Positions 40,495 through 49,544 of a stretch of 64,000 nt of DNA are shown here, piece after piece. The stretch lies in the IMG/VR virus record IMGVR_UViG_3300045988_158809. One strand, written 5' to 3'. Below the pieces are notes generated by a model. That model saw only the letters and a list, made by a program, of their open reading frames with translations, had not been told where the DNA came from and did not search any database. Within the stretch, counting starts at the first letter, position 1; every line of letters begins with the position of its first letter. This DNA is from a virus. The translations under genes and the position numbers were made by a program.

Positions 40495-41001
40495 ATGGTA
40501 TCTTTTCAGAAAAGCAGAAGTGCGCAGACAGGCAAAGAGGGCTCTTTCCTGCAGAAGAGAAAAAAAGAACTTCAGGGAAATGGTTCTGGAATAGCCGATG
40601 ATTTTTCCGCTCCATTGCATCAGCCGGAAGAAATGTATCAGTCTGAACAAGCATATAGTCAGACGATGGGAGAGGGGAGTGATAAAGTGCCGGTGGCGGT
40701 TCCGGAACAGACAGACGAAGGAACTGTGCCTGAAAATAAGAAGGAATCTCAAAAAACTTCCGAAAAGGTTGGGGAAGCAACGGAGAGTAAAAAGAAAAAG
40801 ACCATCATCAGAAAGACCATCGCGATAGAGGAAGATGTATTCATGCAGCTTCAGCTATTAAAGGCTTATCACCGGCTGGACCATCAGGACGTGATAGCGG
40901 TGGCCGTGAAAGAATTTCTGAAGCGTCACACTGAGAACGGACGCATTAAGGAAGCCGACATAAAAAGCATCATGAAGATGGTAGACGAACTGAAAAAGTA
41001 A
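40495..41001 (+). CDS. probable partition adaptor / centromere-binding protein with C-terminal ribbon-helix-helix (168 aa)
   Basis: Position directly after parA; the C-terminal KTIAIEEDVFMQLQLLKAYHRLDHQDVIAVAVKEFLKRH is RHH-like; AAGGAGG upstream. Confidence 0.45.
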   Translation: MVSFQKSRSAQTGKEGSFLQKRKKELQGNGSGIADDFSAPLHQPEEMYQSEQAYSQTMGEGSDKVPVAVPEQTDEGTVPENKKESQKTSEKVGEATESKKKKTIIRKTIAIEEDVFMQLQLLKAYHRLDHQDVIAVAVKEFLKRHTENGRIKEADIKSIMKMVDELKK

Positions 41002-41033
41002 ATCCACATCCTATTTTCAGTATATATCTTTGG

Positions 41034-41063
41034 CCTGCATACTTTAGGTGTGCAGGTTTTTTT
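41034..41063 (+). terminator. intrinsic terminator
   Basis: cctgca-loop-tgcagg ttttttt. Confidence 0.55.
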
Positions 41064-41163
41064 GTATATTTGTGCCGTATTCGACACTTTTCCCCGTTCA
41101 GGGAAAAAGTTAGGGGACGCAAGCCGTTTCGCGCCCCCTTTTCTTTTTTATATATAGGATAGT

Positions 41164-41784
41164 TTACAAGCTGGTTCCGTGCGAATCCTGCTCTGACAGC
41201 ACATCCGACGTGGCGTATTTCCTGGGAGAAGGACTTTTGAGCTGGTTTCTCAGTACGGCCACTTCTTCGCGCAGCCTTATTATCTCATCGCTTTGCTCCT
41301 TCAACCGCTTTTCGTACTTCGTTTCAATGGATTTTCTTTCCTGCTGCAGCGATTCCATGTTCTTCTTCGCCCATTTCTCGGCGGCCGCTTCACGTATGTC
41401 GCCTATGCGTTCCAGAAAGTCTTTCTCCATCTGGTTTATTTTGTTTTCATATCCTTCCTTAATCGCCCTCATCTGCTCCTCATATTTCATCACTTCGGCC
41501 ACATTGATGGATTTTTCCGAAGGCAGGCTTTTAAGTGCTTCTGTGTGGTCCTTGTCGTCGGTGTAAAGCGGTGATACCGGCATACCGTTTTCGGTAATGA
41601 AATCTCCCAGAGGGATTTTGAATTCATTGCAGATTTTCAGCAGCTTGGAAATGTAAATGTCTTCGCCGTGCACCCAGCGTATTACGGTCGGTCGTGAAGT
41701 ATTGGTCGATTCGGATAAAGTGCGCTGTGAAAAAGTCTTATTTTTTATATGCCTGGTAAGGCTTTTGTGATTGTATTCGTACAT
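41164..41784 (-). CDS. HTH (XRE-like) regulator with coiled-coil C-terminus (206 aa)
   Basis: FSQRTLSESTNTSRPTVIRWVHGEDIYISKLLKICNEFKIPLGDFI; divergent from the replication module. Confidence 0.6.
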   Translation of the reverse strand: MYEYNHKSLTRHIKNKTFSQRTLSESTNTSRPTVIRWVHGEDIYISKLLKICNEFKIPLGDFITENGMPVSPLYTDDKDHTEALKSLPSEKSINVAEVMKYEEQMRAIKEGYENKINQMEKDFLERIGDIREAAAEKWAKKNMESLQQERKSIETKYEKRLKEQSDEIIRLREEVAVLRNQLKSPSPRKYATSDVLSEQDSHGTSL

Positions 41785-41827
41785 AAAACTTGAATTAAAT
41801 GTTAAAGATTTAATCTCTCACAAAAAA

Positions 41828-41873
41828 ATGGTATATAAACTTTACAAATGGTATAGATTATTTACTATCTTTG
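41828..41873 (+). promoter_or_regulatory. related module-boundary box (ATGGTATATAAAC, then AAATGGTATAGATTATTT) fused to -7 box TATCTTTG (41866-41873)
   Basis: Same GGTATAGATTnTTTA-TATCTTTG arrangement as at 12941-12961. Confidence 0.5.
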
Positions 41874-41898
41874 TTCAAATTTAAAAAATTTCCATCGA

Positions 41899-42315
41899 AT
41901 GAGAAAATTGTATTTTGCAAAAATACTTAATGGTAGAGGGCACTCTAAGTCTTCCGACTTCTCCGTAAAGGAAAAGGAAAAACTGTTTTCATTCTTTGAA
42001 GGTTACGGCATGAAACGCGGAACGGTTTACAACCGTTTTTTCCGTGACGGGTTCAAGGAGTGGGAGCTGTGCGGAGTGGAGTTCTGCATTAAAGATTATT
42101 GCCACTCGAATGGGATTGAACCGCCTGCAGACATGAGAACTTTCTTCCGCGAAAGTGAGCGGAAAGAAATGTTTATCTCTTACATGAGCAAAATGGGCAT
42201 GTCTCGCCCCACCGTGCGGAAGCGTTTTGCTGCATGGTCATTCAAGGAGTGGGAGCTGTCTGGCGTCAGAAACCTTATCGACCGTCTGCTGGCGGAGGAG
42301 GTGGACGATGCTTAA
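41899..42315 (+). CDS. hypothetical protein with an internal duplication (138 aa)
   Basis: GMKRGTVYNRFFRDGFKEWELCGV and GMSRPTVRKRFAAWSFKEWELSGV are repeated. Confidence 0.6.
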   Translation: MRKLYFAKILNGRGHSKSSDFSVKEKEKLFSFFEGYGMKRGTVYNRFFRDGFKEWELCGVEFCIKDYCHSNGIEPPADMRTFFRESERKEMFISYMSKMGMSRPTVRKRFAAWSFKEWELSGVRNLIDRLLAEEVDDA

Positions 42316-42919
42316 ACCGTTTGAATCATCCCTACAGCCGGGTGGTGAAATCACGATACGGATAGTAGGAGAGAACACCTGCTTTATGTTCGATTCTACC
42401 GAAGGTTCCGATTTCATCGCGTCGCTGGTGGATGAAATGGAAAGGCGGCATCCTTCCGTGGTGCGTTCTGTGGAACAGAAGATCAGGCTTACCAACCGTT
42501 CGCTCTATGCCGTAATGATGAAGGATTTGAGGACTTACCGTCTGAACGTGGCGCGTGTCATTCTTTCCTGCTGTTTCGGTGAGAACGATGAGCATCCCGA
42601 CTGGGACGGTAAGGAGTTCCGGTTTGAGTTCCCGCGCATGTGCCGTGATGCTGCCTATTGCGTATGGAACGGATATTCGGAGCGTAACAAGGACAGCTAC
42701 AAGGTGATTTGCGGTGCGAAAGCGGAATACGGATTCACTCCGCAGGAAAGGAGAGTGGTGCTGAACATTCAGCGCGGAATTACGGATTTAGGAACCATTG
42801 CCGATGTGATGGGGCTCACGAAGGCAAGCATCTGGAAGTTCATGACTTCCATTTACCGGAAAACGGAAACCACTTCGCTTCCGGATCTGGTGTCAAAGAT
42901 TAAGGGATTGAAATTGTAA
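42308..42919 (+). CDS. protein with C-terminal LuxR/GerE-type HTH (203 aa)
   Basis: FTPQERRVVLNIQRGITDLGTIADVMGLTKASIWKFMTSIYRK; ATG 42308 chosen over track start 42227. Confidence 0.45.
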   Translation: MLKPFESSLQPGGEITIRIVGENTCFMFDSTEGSDFIASLVDEMERRHPSVVRSVEQKIRLTNRSLYAVMMKDLRTYRLNVARVILSCCFGENDEHPDWDGKEFRFEFPRMCRDAAYCVWNGYSERNKDSYKVICGAKAEYGFTPQERRVVLNIQRGITDLGTIADVMGLTKASIWKFMTSIYRKTETTSLPDLVSKIKGLKL

Positions 42920-42924
42920 ATGCC

Positions 42925-43494
42925 ATGCGTAAGTATAAGCTGATACCCAAAGAAAAATGCCGGCAGGCGTTCGACCTGTATAGGGAGCGCAACCGCTATT
43001 CGCCAGTCAGTCTGATCGCGTTTTGCGAAGCCTGTAAGATACCCTATTGGGTAATGCGCCGGTGGATGCGGAACAATAACGAAACGGTGCGCCAGGCGCG
43101 GACGGGTGTTCCTGCAAGGGATAAGGTGCGGATGCCCGACATGGGAATTGGTTTTTACTGCATTGACTGGGAAGACGGAAAGCCTTATCGGCTCATTTTC
43201 CGCATTCTTCCGTTTGAAATCGCCACTAAGATTGGCGAAATCATGCTTTCCATGAGGGTGTGCAGCTCGTGTGAGGTAAAGACAAAGACAGATTCCTACC
43301 GACGTGATTACGTGGCAGAACGGATTGAAATCAAAACCGAAGGATATACCGAAGGTTTTTCTGTTGAAAACTTGGAGAGGCTTTGCCGGGAGGTGGCTTT
43401 TGCCAGTGGATATGATTTGTACGAGCTCCCGGTGAACGATTTGATTAACCTGAAAGTCAAGACGGCTTTCAACAAAAGAAAAAGATATATATGA
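42925..43494 (+). CDS. hypothetical protein (189 aa)
   Basis: ORF track. Confidence 0.65.
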   Translation: MRKYKLIPKEKCRQAFDLYRERNRYSPVSLIAFCEACKIPYWVMRRWMRNNNETVRQARTGVPARDKVRMPDMGIGFYCIDWEDGKPYRLIFRILPFEIATKIGEIMLSMRVCSSCEVKTKTDSYRRDYVAERIEIKTEGYTEGFSVENLERLCREVAFASGYDLYELPVNDLINLKVKTAFNKRKRYI

Positions 43495-44213
43495 AAAAAC
43501 TGAATGTGGTTGTGGATATTGAAACATTGTCTTTAAGGCCCGACGCGGCTATTATCAGTATTGCGGCGGTGCCGTTTGTTTTGGATAAGAAGTCGCTACA
43601 AGATAATAATAAATACGGGTACTACGGTGTTCCTGCTTTCGATGAAATGACGAAAGGTGTATCATGCCCTGAAGAATATGCTCATTTCTATGAAACAATC
43701 GACGCGACATCATGCGCCATGGCTGGAATGGCTTTCGATATGGAGACTGTCAAGTTCTGGTCCGAAATGCCCGATGCGGCAAAATCCGCCATCCTTGAAA
43801 AACCGCGCGTAAGCATCCGTCAGGCATTAGAGGATTTTGTGGCTTACCTGGATAATCTGAAAGGAATGAACCAGGCCGATGAGCTTGTTATCTGGACGCA
43901 GGGAAGTGACTTCGATATTCCGATACTGAAAAATGCCATGTACAAGGTGCTCGGACTTACTCCGGAAACGCTTCCGTGGAAGCACCGCAATATCCGCGAC
44001 GCGCGTACTTTCATGATAGAATCGCTATCTTTGGTTTATCCCGACACTCCGGTGAACGAGCTTTACGGAAAACTTCTGCCATACGACGAACTGACGAAAC
44101 ACAACAGTCTGCACGATTGCATGTGGACGGCTCTGAACATTATCAACGAAAAACGTCGATTGTATGGAATGTTTACATCTGGTGACGGGGGAGAAAAAGC
44201 TTCTTCGGACTGA
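43491..44213 (+). CDS. DEDDh-type 3'-5' exonuclease (240 aa)
   Basis: ExoI VVDIET, ExoII QGSDFDIPIL, ExoIII HNSLHD. Confidence 0.7.
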   Translation: MKKLNVVVDIETLSLRPDAAIISIAAVPFVLDKKSLQDNNKYGYYGVPAFDEMTKGVSCPEEYAHFYETIDATSCAMAGMAFDMETVKFWSEMPDAAKSAILEKPRVSIRQALEDFVAYLDNLKGMNQADELVIWTQGSDFDIPILKNAMYKVLGLTPETLPWKHRNIRDARTFMIESLSLVYPDTPVNELYGKLLPYDELTKHNSLHDCMWTALNIINEKRRLYGMFTSGDGGEKASSD

Positions 44214-44577
44214 TTATTTCCGCTTGAATCCGTGGTTCAAGAGAATGAGGGCAGATATGGGTGCGGCCGAGTTCGACGAATGTTACCGCGGAGTTTACAA
44301 GCTTATGAGCAAACTCTATTTCGAGAATTATTTCATCATCGAAAAGGTTTGCATCAAGAAACCTGAGTATCACGATATAGTCTTGGCCTGTTGCGATGTA
44401 TATTGGCACATGGATTTGTTCGTCAATATGGATTACAACCGCGAAACGGACGCGATAACAGTCAGACGGCCTACGTTCCCGTTTCTGAAATGTACGGATC
44501 ACTACTGGCCGCCCGACGTTTACAGCCGACTTATCCGACAACCGGGTTTATGGGGAATAAATCCTGAAGATGTATAA
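44164..44577 (+). CDS. hypothetical protein (137 aa; start uncertain)
   Basis: ORF track; overlaps the upstream gene by 50 nt. Confidence 0.5.
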   Translation: MECLHLVTGEKKLLRTDYFRLNPWFKRMRADMGAAEFDECYRGVYKLMSKLYFENYFIIEKVCIKKPEYHDIVLACCDVYWHMDLFVNMDYNRETDAITVRRPTFPFLKCTDHYWPPDVYSRLIRQPGLWGINPEDV

Positions 44578-47500
44578 CTTTCCATTATCTGAAAAAATGA
44601 GCGATTTATTAGAAACATTAGACAATATAGACTTGAATGCGGTGATGCAGTCACACGGCTTCCAGCCTGCAGCAAAGCAGGAGAAGGAGGACGCTGTGAT
44701 GTATTTCTGCCCGTTCCACAAATCGGACAGGCAGCCGCATTTCCTTATAAGCAAAGGCTCGTCACGCGGAGGTCTGTACAATGCTCCGGCATGGCGCTGT
44801 CTTCGTGATGAACGCCGCAGCGGTTACGGAGCCATTGCGCTGGAAGCCGCACTTTCGGGTATGTCGGTCGAAGGTAACGACTTGCGCCAGGTGATGCAGA
44901 GCCTTTGCAAGATAGCCGGTATAGACGCCGACTGCCTGAATGACGAGAACCGCAACGGCATAGTTTCTTTTCCCGACGGATTTCCTGCCGAAGCTTCCGT
45001 GGAGCGCATGGAAGGTTTCACTCCATACGCATTGCAGCTTTTGGGGTGCCGCACAGAGAGAATGTATGAATATAAGAAGGGCGAGGGTAGGGCAGCACTG
45101 AAAGATGAAGAAGGGCAGCCCGTATATCGTTATTCTTTCGGACCGAAGTTTTCCGACAAGTACGCGAAAGACTCCAATTTCGACATCGAGCGTCTGCACA
45201 CCGAAATGTGCTGCTGGCAGATTGCATCGTATATCACTCCCGGCAAAGGCAAGAGCAAAGGTACAAAGGTGACAGCCCATGAGCTTTATCCTATCTTCGC
45301 ATTTATCTACACCACGAAGGGAGACAAGGAATACGGCATCATCTACGAACCTGAATACAGCGAGCCGGAGAGCGGAGTATGCGGCCGTCGTACAGTGTTC
45401 TACACCGGCGGACTGGCAGAAAAGGACGTGAATCTCACTCTTTGCGGCGACGCGGTTTGCATGGAAGTATTGAAAGGTATAACTATTCCCGATGCAGTGA
45501 AACGCGTGAATACCGGCGAGCCGCTACAGGAAGAGATAGAAACAAAGAACGATGACGGCGAAAAGGTGTACGAGCGTCTGCCGAAAGAAAAAGTTCGCGC
45601 CTATCATCTTATATACTGTAACTCCGCCCTCGATGCGCTTTGCTCGTACTTCCACCTGAATGCGGTGCGCGACTCCTACCGCGACGAACAACTTAAAGAA
45701 AGTTTCTTTCACGTATGCTGGAACGAGAAGCCCGATACTGAATACAGCGTTTACACCTACGCCATGCAGAAAAAGATAGCGAAAAATCTTTACGTTCTTC
45801 TTAATTTGAACAATGCCGGAAAGAATGCTTCATTCCGTATCGGCAAGAGATTTTCGGACGTGCGTCTGGCTTTTTTGCCGTATAACACCGAGAAGTACGT
45901 TATCTGCAAGGGCGGCGAGCTGAGGACCTGTGCCAGTGTGACCGATTTCTTCCGCACCTATCAGATGAATAAGGACGAAGCCATGAGTAGCGACTACGAC
46001 CTGAACAAGTTTCACCTCCAGTCTCTCACTGCTGCCCTTCCTGTCAATCCGCTTATCTACGAGCCGAAGTACGACAAGAAAGGCACGCTCATGAGCTACA
46101 ACTACCGTCTGGACGTGATGCGTCTGTGGCTTTTTATGGCTTCCGAAGGTTACTGCCGCGAGGTGGAAAAGGACTCTAAGGACACTATGGGCCGTATACT
46201 CCGCATAAGGGGCTGTTTCGTGAAGGAACTGGAGCCGCAGTCCGTCATCGTCGATGCGTCGGAGCACCTGAAGGAACTCGCCAAACGTCTGGCACGTCCG
46301 AATACCGACGACTACAATAAAATGACAAACGCTTTCGTCAATTCCCGGAGCATTACCAACATATCCATTTCCAACCTGCCTGTCATCAAGGTGGAATACA
46401 ATCGCGGATATGGTCCGGAACTCGATCATTTCTTCTACCGCAACGGAGCTTTGCGTATCACTCCCGACATGATAGACTTCGTATCGTACAATGACATCGA
46501 CTTTCATGTAGATGAAGCGCAGATACTCCCTTTCGATTTTGAAATGCCCTGCACCCGTGGTAACGAGCCTTTCTCCATTTATGAGAATCCCGAATATCGC
46601 GAGCGTCTGAAAACTCTGAACGAGCATAAGAAGGACACGAAGAACTATACCCAGTTTATGATTGAACAGGAGGAAGGAGAGCTCAATAAATGGGCGCAGC
46701 ACAACCGATGGAAGTTTGATTTCAAGGGGCGCGAGGAAAAGGACTGGTGGAAACCGCTCCGCGTTATCCGCTGCTTTGCGAATGAAGAGTTTGAGAAAGA
46801 AGCCGAACTTCGTCGCGAGAGAAAGGAGTTTTCGGAAGAACAGCATAACGACCTGCAGAGCCGCATGGCCAACCTGATTTACTCCCTTGGCCGTCCGCTG
46901 TTCCGCTTCAAGGGCAACGGTCTGAACTTCATGCCCTACCTTACGGAAAACAACGTGACCAGCGAGGGTAGGAGTGAGGGAGGTTCCGGTAAGTCTGTTT
47001 TCGGCAATATCTTTATGGGTTGTGCCGGTAAGGTACTTTCGCTCGATGCCCGCAATTTCAAGCCGGACACTGATACATCGCTCTTCCTGGCAACCTACAT
47101 ACACCGCGTGCACCGTGTGGTACACTGGGAGGACTGGCCGCGCATTCCGATTGATCCGCTATTCAACTACGTCACCAGTGGTTTCGTATCGCGCGACTAT
47201 CACAAGAAGGCCGTCCGCGTACCGCTTTCGGAAAGTCCCGGCATGATCGTATCGAGCAACTATCAGCAACGCTACGACAATGACTCCGCCGAAGGACGTA
47301 CCGTACAGACAGGTTTCTCCCACTATTTCCACCGCGCCAACAGCCGCAAGAACCAGCGAGCTTCAATGATTAGCGCCATCATGCCGGAGCTCCGCGACAC
47401 GCCCGAAGAAATGCCGACGGAGATACGCAACCAGATAGCCTACATTTGCGCTTTGGCCGTACAGTTCTGCATGAACGCCAAGGAACGCGTGCTTCCCCCA

Positions 47501-48154
47501 ATGGACAACCTGAACACCCGAAGCCGTGTGGCCGCAATGGGTTCCAAGTTTGTGGAATGGGCAGAGGACTTTTTCGCCAAGCCATACGTTTATAACTGCC
47601 CTATCGACATAAAGACCATTCAGAGCGAATACATAGACCTCTGTGAAGCGTCCGAAAGTAAAAAGGATTTATTCTCCCTGAATGCCTTCCGCGACAAGAT
47701 AAAGGAATATTGCAACGATATGGGTATAGACCCTCTGCCGGAAGTCTGTCTGAGTGGCGGTACCACCGGGAAGAAGTATCTCCGCGCAAAAGCTTGGGTA
47801 CGCCAGACATATTTCGACGACGAAAAGATTTGGGGACCGGGAATGCGAAAGGATATAAGGGTACTGACGCAATCGCAAAGCTGCCTGTTCTTCTGCCGCA
47901 AAGGCCAGGAACCAAAGGATTACGAGGAAGTACGCCGTATCTGCCGCGACTATTCAGCACAGGAAGACCCGGAACCATATCTCGATCCTGACGGGAATCC
48001 CGTAACACTTACAGAAGAGGAGCAGACGAAATGGAATGATTATCTGACGATGAAACAGGGCGGCAAACGTTCTTATCAGAAGTCTGGAGAAGCGGCAAGC
48101 ACAGCGTCAGGAAACGATGGGAATAAAGAAGTGAAGGATGATTTACCGTTTTAA
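44570..48154 (+). CDS. primase / P-loop helicase fusion (1194 aa) ending in an SSB-type DDLPF tail
   Basis: N-terminal CPFHKSDRQPHF resembles the DnaG CHC2 zinc finger; Walker A GRSEGGSGKSVF near residue 800; C-terminus KEVKDDLPF. Confidence 0.7.
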   Translation: MYNFPLSEKMSDLLETLDNIDLNAVMQSHGFQPAAKQEKEDAVMYFCPFHKSDRQPHFLISKGSSRGGLYNAPAWRCLRDERRSGYGAIALEAALSGMSVEGNDLRQVMQSLCKIAGIDADCLNDENRNGIVSFPDGFPAEASVERMEGFTPYALQLLGCRTERMYEYKKGEGRAALKDEEGQPVYRYSFGPKFSDKYAKDSNFDIERLHTEMCCWQIASYITPGKGKSKGTKVTAHELYPIFAFIYTTKGDKEYGIIYEPEYSEPESGVCGRRTVFYTGGLAEKDVNLTLCGDAVCMEVLKGITIPDAVKRVNTGEPLQEEIETKNDDGEKVYERLPKEKVRAYHLIYCNSALDALCSYFHLNAVRDSYRDEQLKESFFHVCWNEKPDTEYSVYTYAMQKKIAKNLYVLLNLNNAGKNASFRIGKRFSDVRLAFLPYNTEKYVICKGGELRTCASVTDFFRTYQMNKDEAMSSDYDLNKFHLQSLTAALPVNPLIYEPKYDKKGTLMSYNYRLDVMRLWLFMASEGYCREVEKDSKDTMGRILRIRGCFVKELEPQSVIVDASEHLKELAKRLARPNTDDYNKMTNAFVNSRSITNISISNLPVIKVEYNRGYGPELDHFFYRNGALRITPDMIDFVSYNDIDFHVDEAQILPFDFEMPCTRGNEPFSIYENPEYRERLKTLNEHKKDTKNYTQFMIEQEEGELNKWAQHNRWKFDFKGREEKDWWKPLRVIRCFANEEFEKEAELRRERKEFSEEQHNDLQSRMANLIYSLGRPLFRFKGNGLNFMPYLTENNVTSEGRSEGGSGKSVFGNIFMGCAGKVLSLDARNFKPDTDTSLFLATYIHRVHRVVHWEDWPRIPIDPLFNYVTSGFVSRDYHKKAVRVPLSESPGMIVSSNYQQRYDNDSAEGRTVQTGFSHYFHRANSRKNQRASMISAIMPELRDTPEEMPTEIRNQIAYICALAVQFCMNAKERVLPPMDNLNTRSRVAAMGSKFVEWAEDFFAKPYVYNCPIDIKTIQSEYIDLCEASESKKDLFSLNAFRDKIKEYCNDMGIDPLPEVCLSGGTTGKKYLRAKAWVRQTYFDDEKIWGPGMRKDIRVLTQSQSCLFFCRKGQEPKDYEEVRRICRDYSAQEDPEPYLDPDGNPVTLTEEEQTKWNDYLTMKQGGKRSYQKSGEAASTASGNDGNKEVKDDLPF

Positions 48155-48190
48155 ATAAAATATAAGTATAACATTTAAACAGAAAGAATT

Positions 48191-48724
48191 ATGAGTAATT
48201 TTAGTTTATCAGTAGATTTGTTGAAATTTATTGGCGCAGAAGTATGCAGCCTTGATTTTAAAGGACAGAAACGTAACTGTATCATCATCCCTGTGAATTG
48301 GAATGATATAGAAGTGAAATTAGATAACAATGGAAAGCCTGCAGCCGCACCGGTCTATATGAGAGGATGGGAGGCAAAGGAGTCTTACATTGAAGCCTGC
48401 AAGAAAAAGAACTCCGACAATAAGGATTTCGTGCCGCCTTCACATTTGCTCGAAGTAAACTGGCATGAGGATTTTATGAATCAGGCGGTAGAGACTGTAT
48501 ATAACCGAATGAAGGCCGACCCGCAGAATGCAAGTATCAGTGAAGAAGATTTGAGGAAGAAAGCGCTTTACGAGGTTAGAAACAAACTTCGCGTCGGCAA
48601 TATGAAGATGTTGGCTAAACGTGAACAGCCCACACTCCAGGGCGATGCTGCCCCTCTGAATGCCGCTCCGCAGGAATTTTCTAAGGAGGTTGAAGTAGAC
48701 GAGAAAGACGACCTTCCATTCTGA
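48191..48724 (+). CDS. probable ssDNA-binding / replisome accessory protein with SSB-type C-terminal tail (177 aa)
   Basis: Acidic C-terminus EVEVDEKDDLPF, like the bacterial SSB tip (D-D-D-I/L-P-F); no classical OB motif recognised. Confidence 0.45.
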   Translation: MSNFSLSVDLLKFIGAEVCSLDFKGQKRNCIIIPVNWNDIEVKLDNNGKPAAAPVYMRGWEAKESYIEACKKKNSDNKDFVPPSHLLEVNWHEDFMNQAVETVYNRMKADPQNASISEEDLRKKALYEVRNKLRVGNMKMLAKREQPTLQGDAAPLNAAPQEFSKEVEVDEKDDLPF

Positions 48725-48757
48725 TATAAGCCATTTTTCGTATATACTTTTTCATTT

Positions 48758-48798
48758 ATCCCGCTCCGCGAATCCAGTATTCGGGGGCGGGATTTTTC
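48758..48798 (+). terminator. intrinsic terminator
   Basis: atcccgc..gaat-ccagt-attc..gcgggat ttttt. Confidence 0.6.
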
Positions 48799-48970
48799 GT
48801 TTTTCGTCGCGCGCACAATCCCCGTAACCCCTAAAAGAGAATGGTAGCAACCATAGCGGTTGCAGACAACGGACTTAATGTATAAAAGGGGCAGCAATGG
48901 AGAGTAAAAATGCTGACTTCGGAATTTTTTATTTTTGAAACCATTAAACTTTAGAGTAATATATAGACTT

Positions 48971-49080
48971 TTAGACAAAATATCAGACAAAACCTATTCA
49001 GAAATACTTATAAGGCACTTTTGATTTTGTCTGATTTTGTCTGTGATTGTTTTTCATTGTCTGAACTGGACAAAACAAGG
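48971..49080. repeat. second cluster of CAGACAAAA / TTTTGTCTG boxes
   Basis: tagacaaaatatcagacaaaac ... gattttgtctgattttgtctgtg ... cattgtctgaactggacaaaac. Confidence 0.65.
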
Positions 49081-49223
49081 CTAAAAACTGTATATTTTCT
49101 GCATAAATCAGTAAAAACGTGATTTCCGTGCCGTGCGAACGTCGGCTTTTCATTCTTTCGGTTTGTGCTGTCTTATCGTATTTTTTGTGATGGTTTTCCG
49201 GATATATTTTCTGCCACATAACA

Positions 49224-49265
49224 TTAAAGAATCTATCCCGAAATGGCATAAAATATTTACCTTTG
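49224..49265 (+). promoter_or_regulatory. module-boundary box (minus strand reads CCATTTCGGGATAGATTCTTTAA, 49224-49246) followed by -7 box TACCTTTG (49258-49265)
   Basis: Read directly. Confidence 0.55.
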
Positions 49266-49290
49266 TGATGTGTGTTTTAATTATTTTAAT

Positions 49291-49458
49291 ATGAAAACGA
49301 TTTTAAGTATCTTGACGGTCTCTAAAAGTGGATGCAGAAAAGTTCTGCACACTTCGTATGTCACTTCAGACTTGAATGCTTATCGTGCGGAGATTCTGGA
49401 ACGCAATCCTGATTTGGAAAGAGTGTTTTTCATGTACGAAGAGCAAAACGTAGAGTAA
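49291..49458 (+). CDS. possible small protein (55 aa)
   Basis: Internal ATG of ORF 49270..49458, about 25 nt after the -7 box. Confidence 0.35.
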   Translation: MKTILSILTVSKSGCRKVLHTSYVTSDLNAYRAEILERNPDLERVFFMYEEQNVE

Positions 49459-49513
49459 ACTCTAATGTTTAATGTTTTTTGTGAGAATTCTGACATTTTC
49501 GCAAAAAAGTATC

Positions 49514-49541
49514 TATCTTTGTATCGTAATCAATTTAAAAT
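49514..49541 (+). promoter_or_regulatory. -7 box TATCTTTG (49514-49521) plus conserved 16-nt leader GTAATCAATTTAAAAT (49526-49541)
   Basis: The leader is identical to 54078-54093. Confidence 0.55.
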
Positions 49542-49544
49542 AAC

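Noticed and set aside
45830-47125. 431-aa minus-strand ORF (and several 60-170-aa ORFs on both strands) inside 44570..48154
   Set aside because: It is antisense to, or out of frame with, a 1194-aa ORF that has recognisable zinc-finger, Walker A and SSB-tail motifs. Its product is Arg/Val/His-rich and low in complexity, as expected for the antisense of a GC-richer gene.
48800-48960. tRNA or other classical RNA gene in the non-coding stretches (also 4316-4597, 12480-12995, 19960-20149)
   Set aside because: I found no cloverleaf-compatible arms and no GTTCGAATC-type T-loop. The hairpins seen are better explained as terminators or candidate sRNAs.
48998-49249. 83-aa minus-strand ORF whose start overlaps the boundary box
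   Set aside because: It runs through the TTTTGTCTG box cluster and the shared GTGCCGTGCG element and has no promoter box upstream. It is most likely a chance ORF in a regulatory region.
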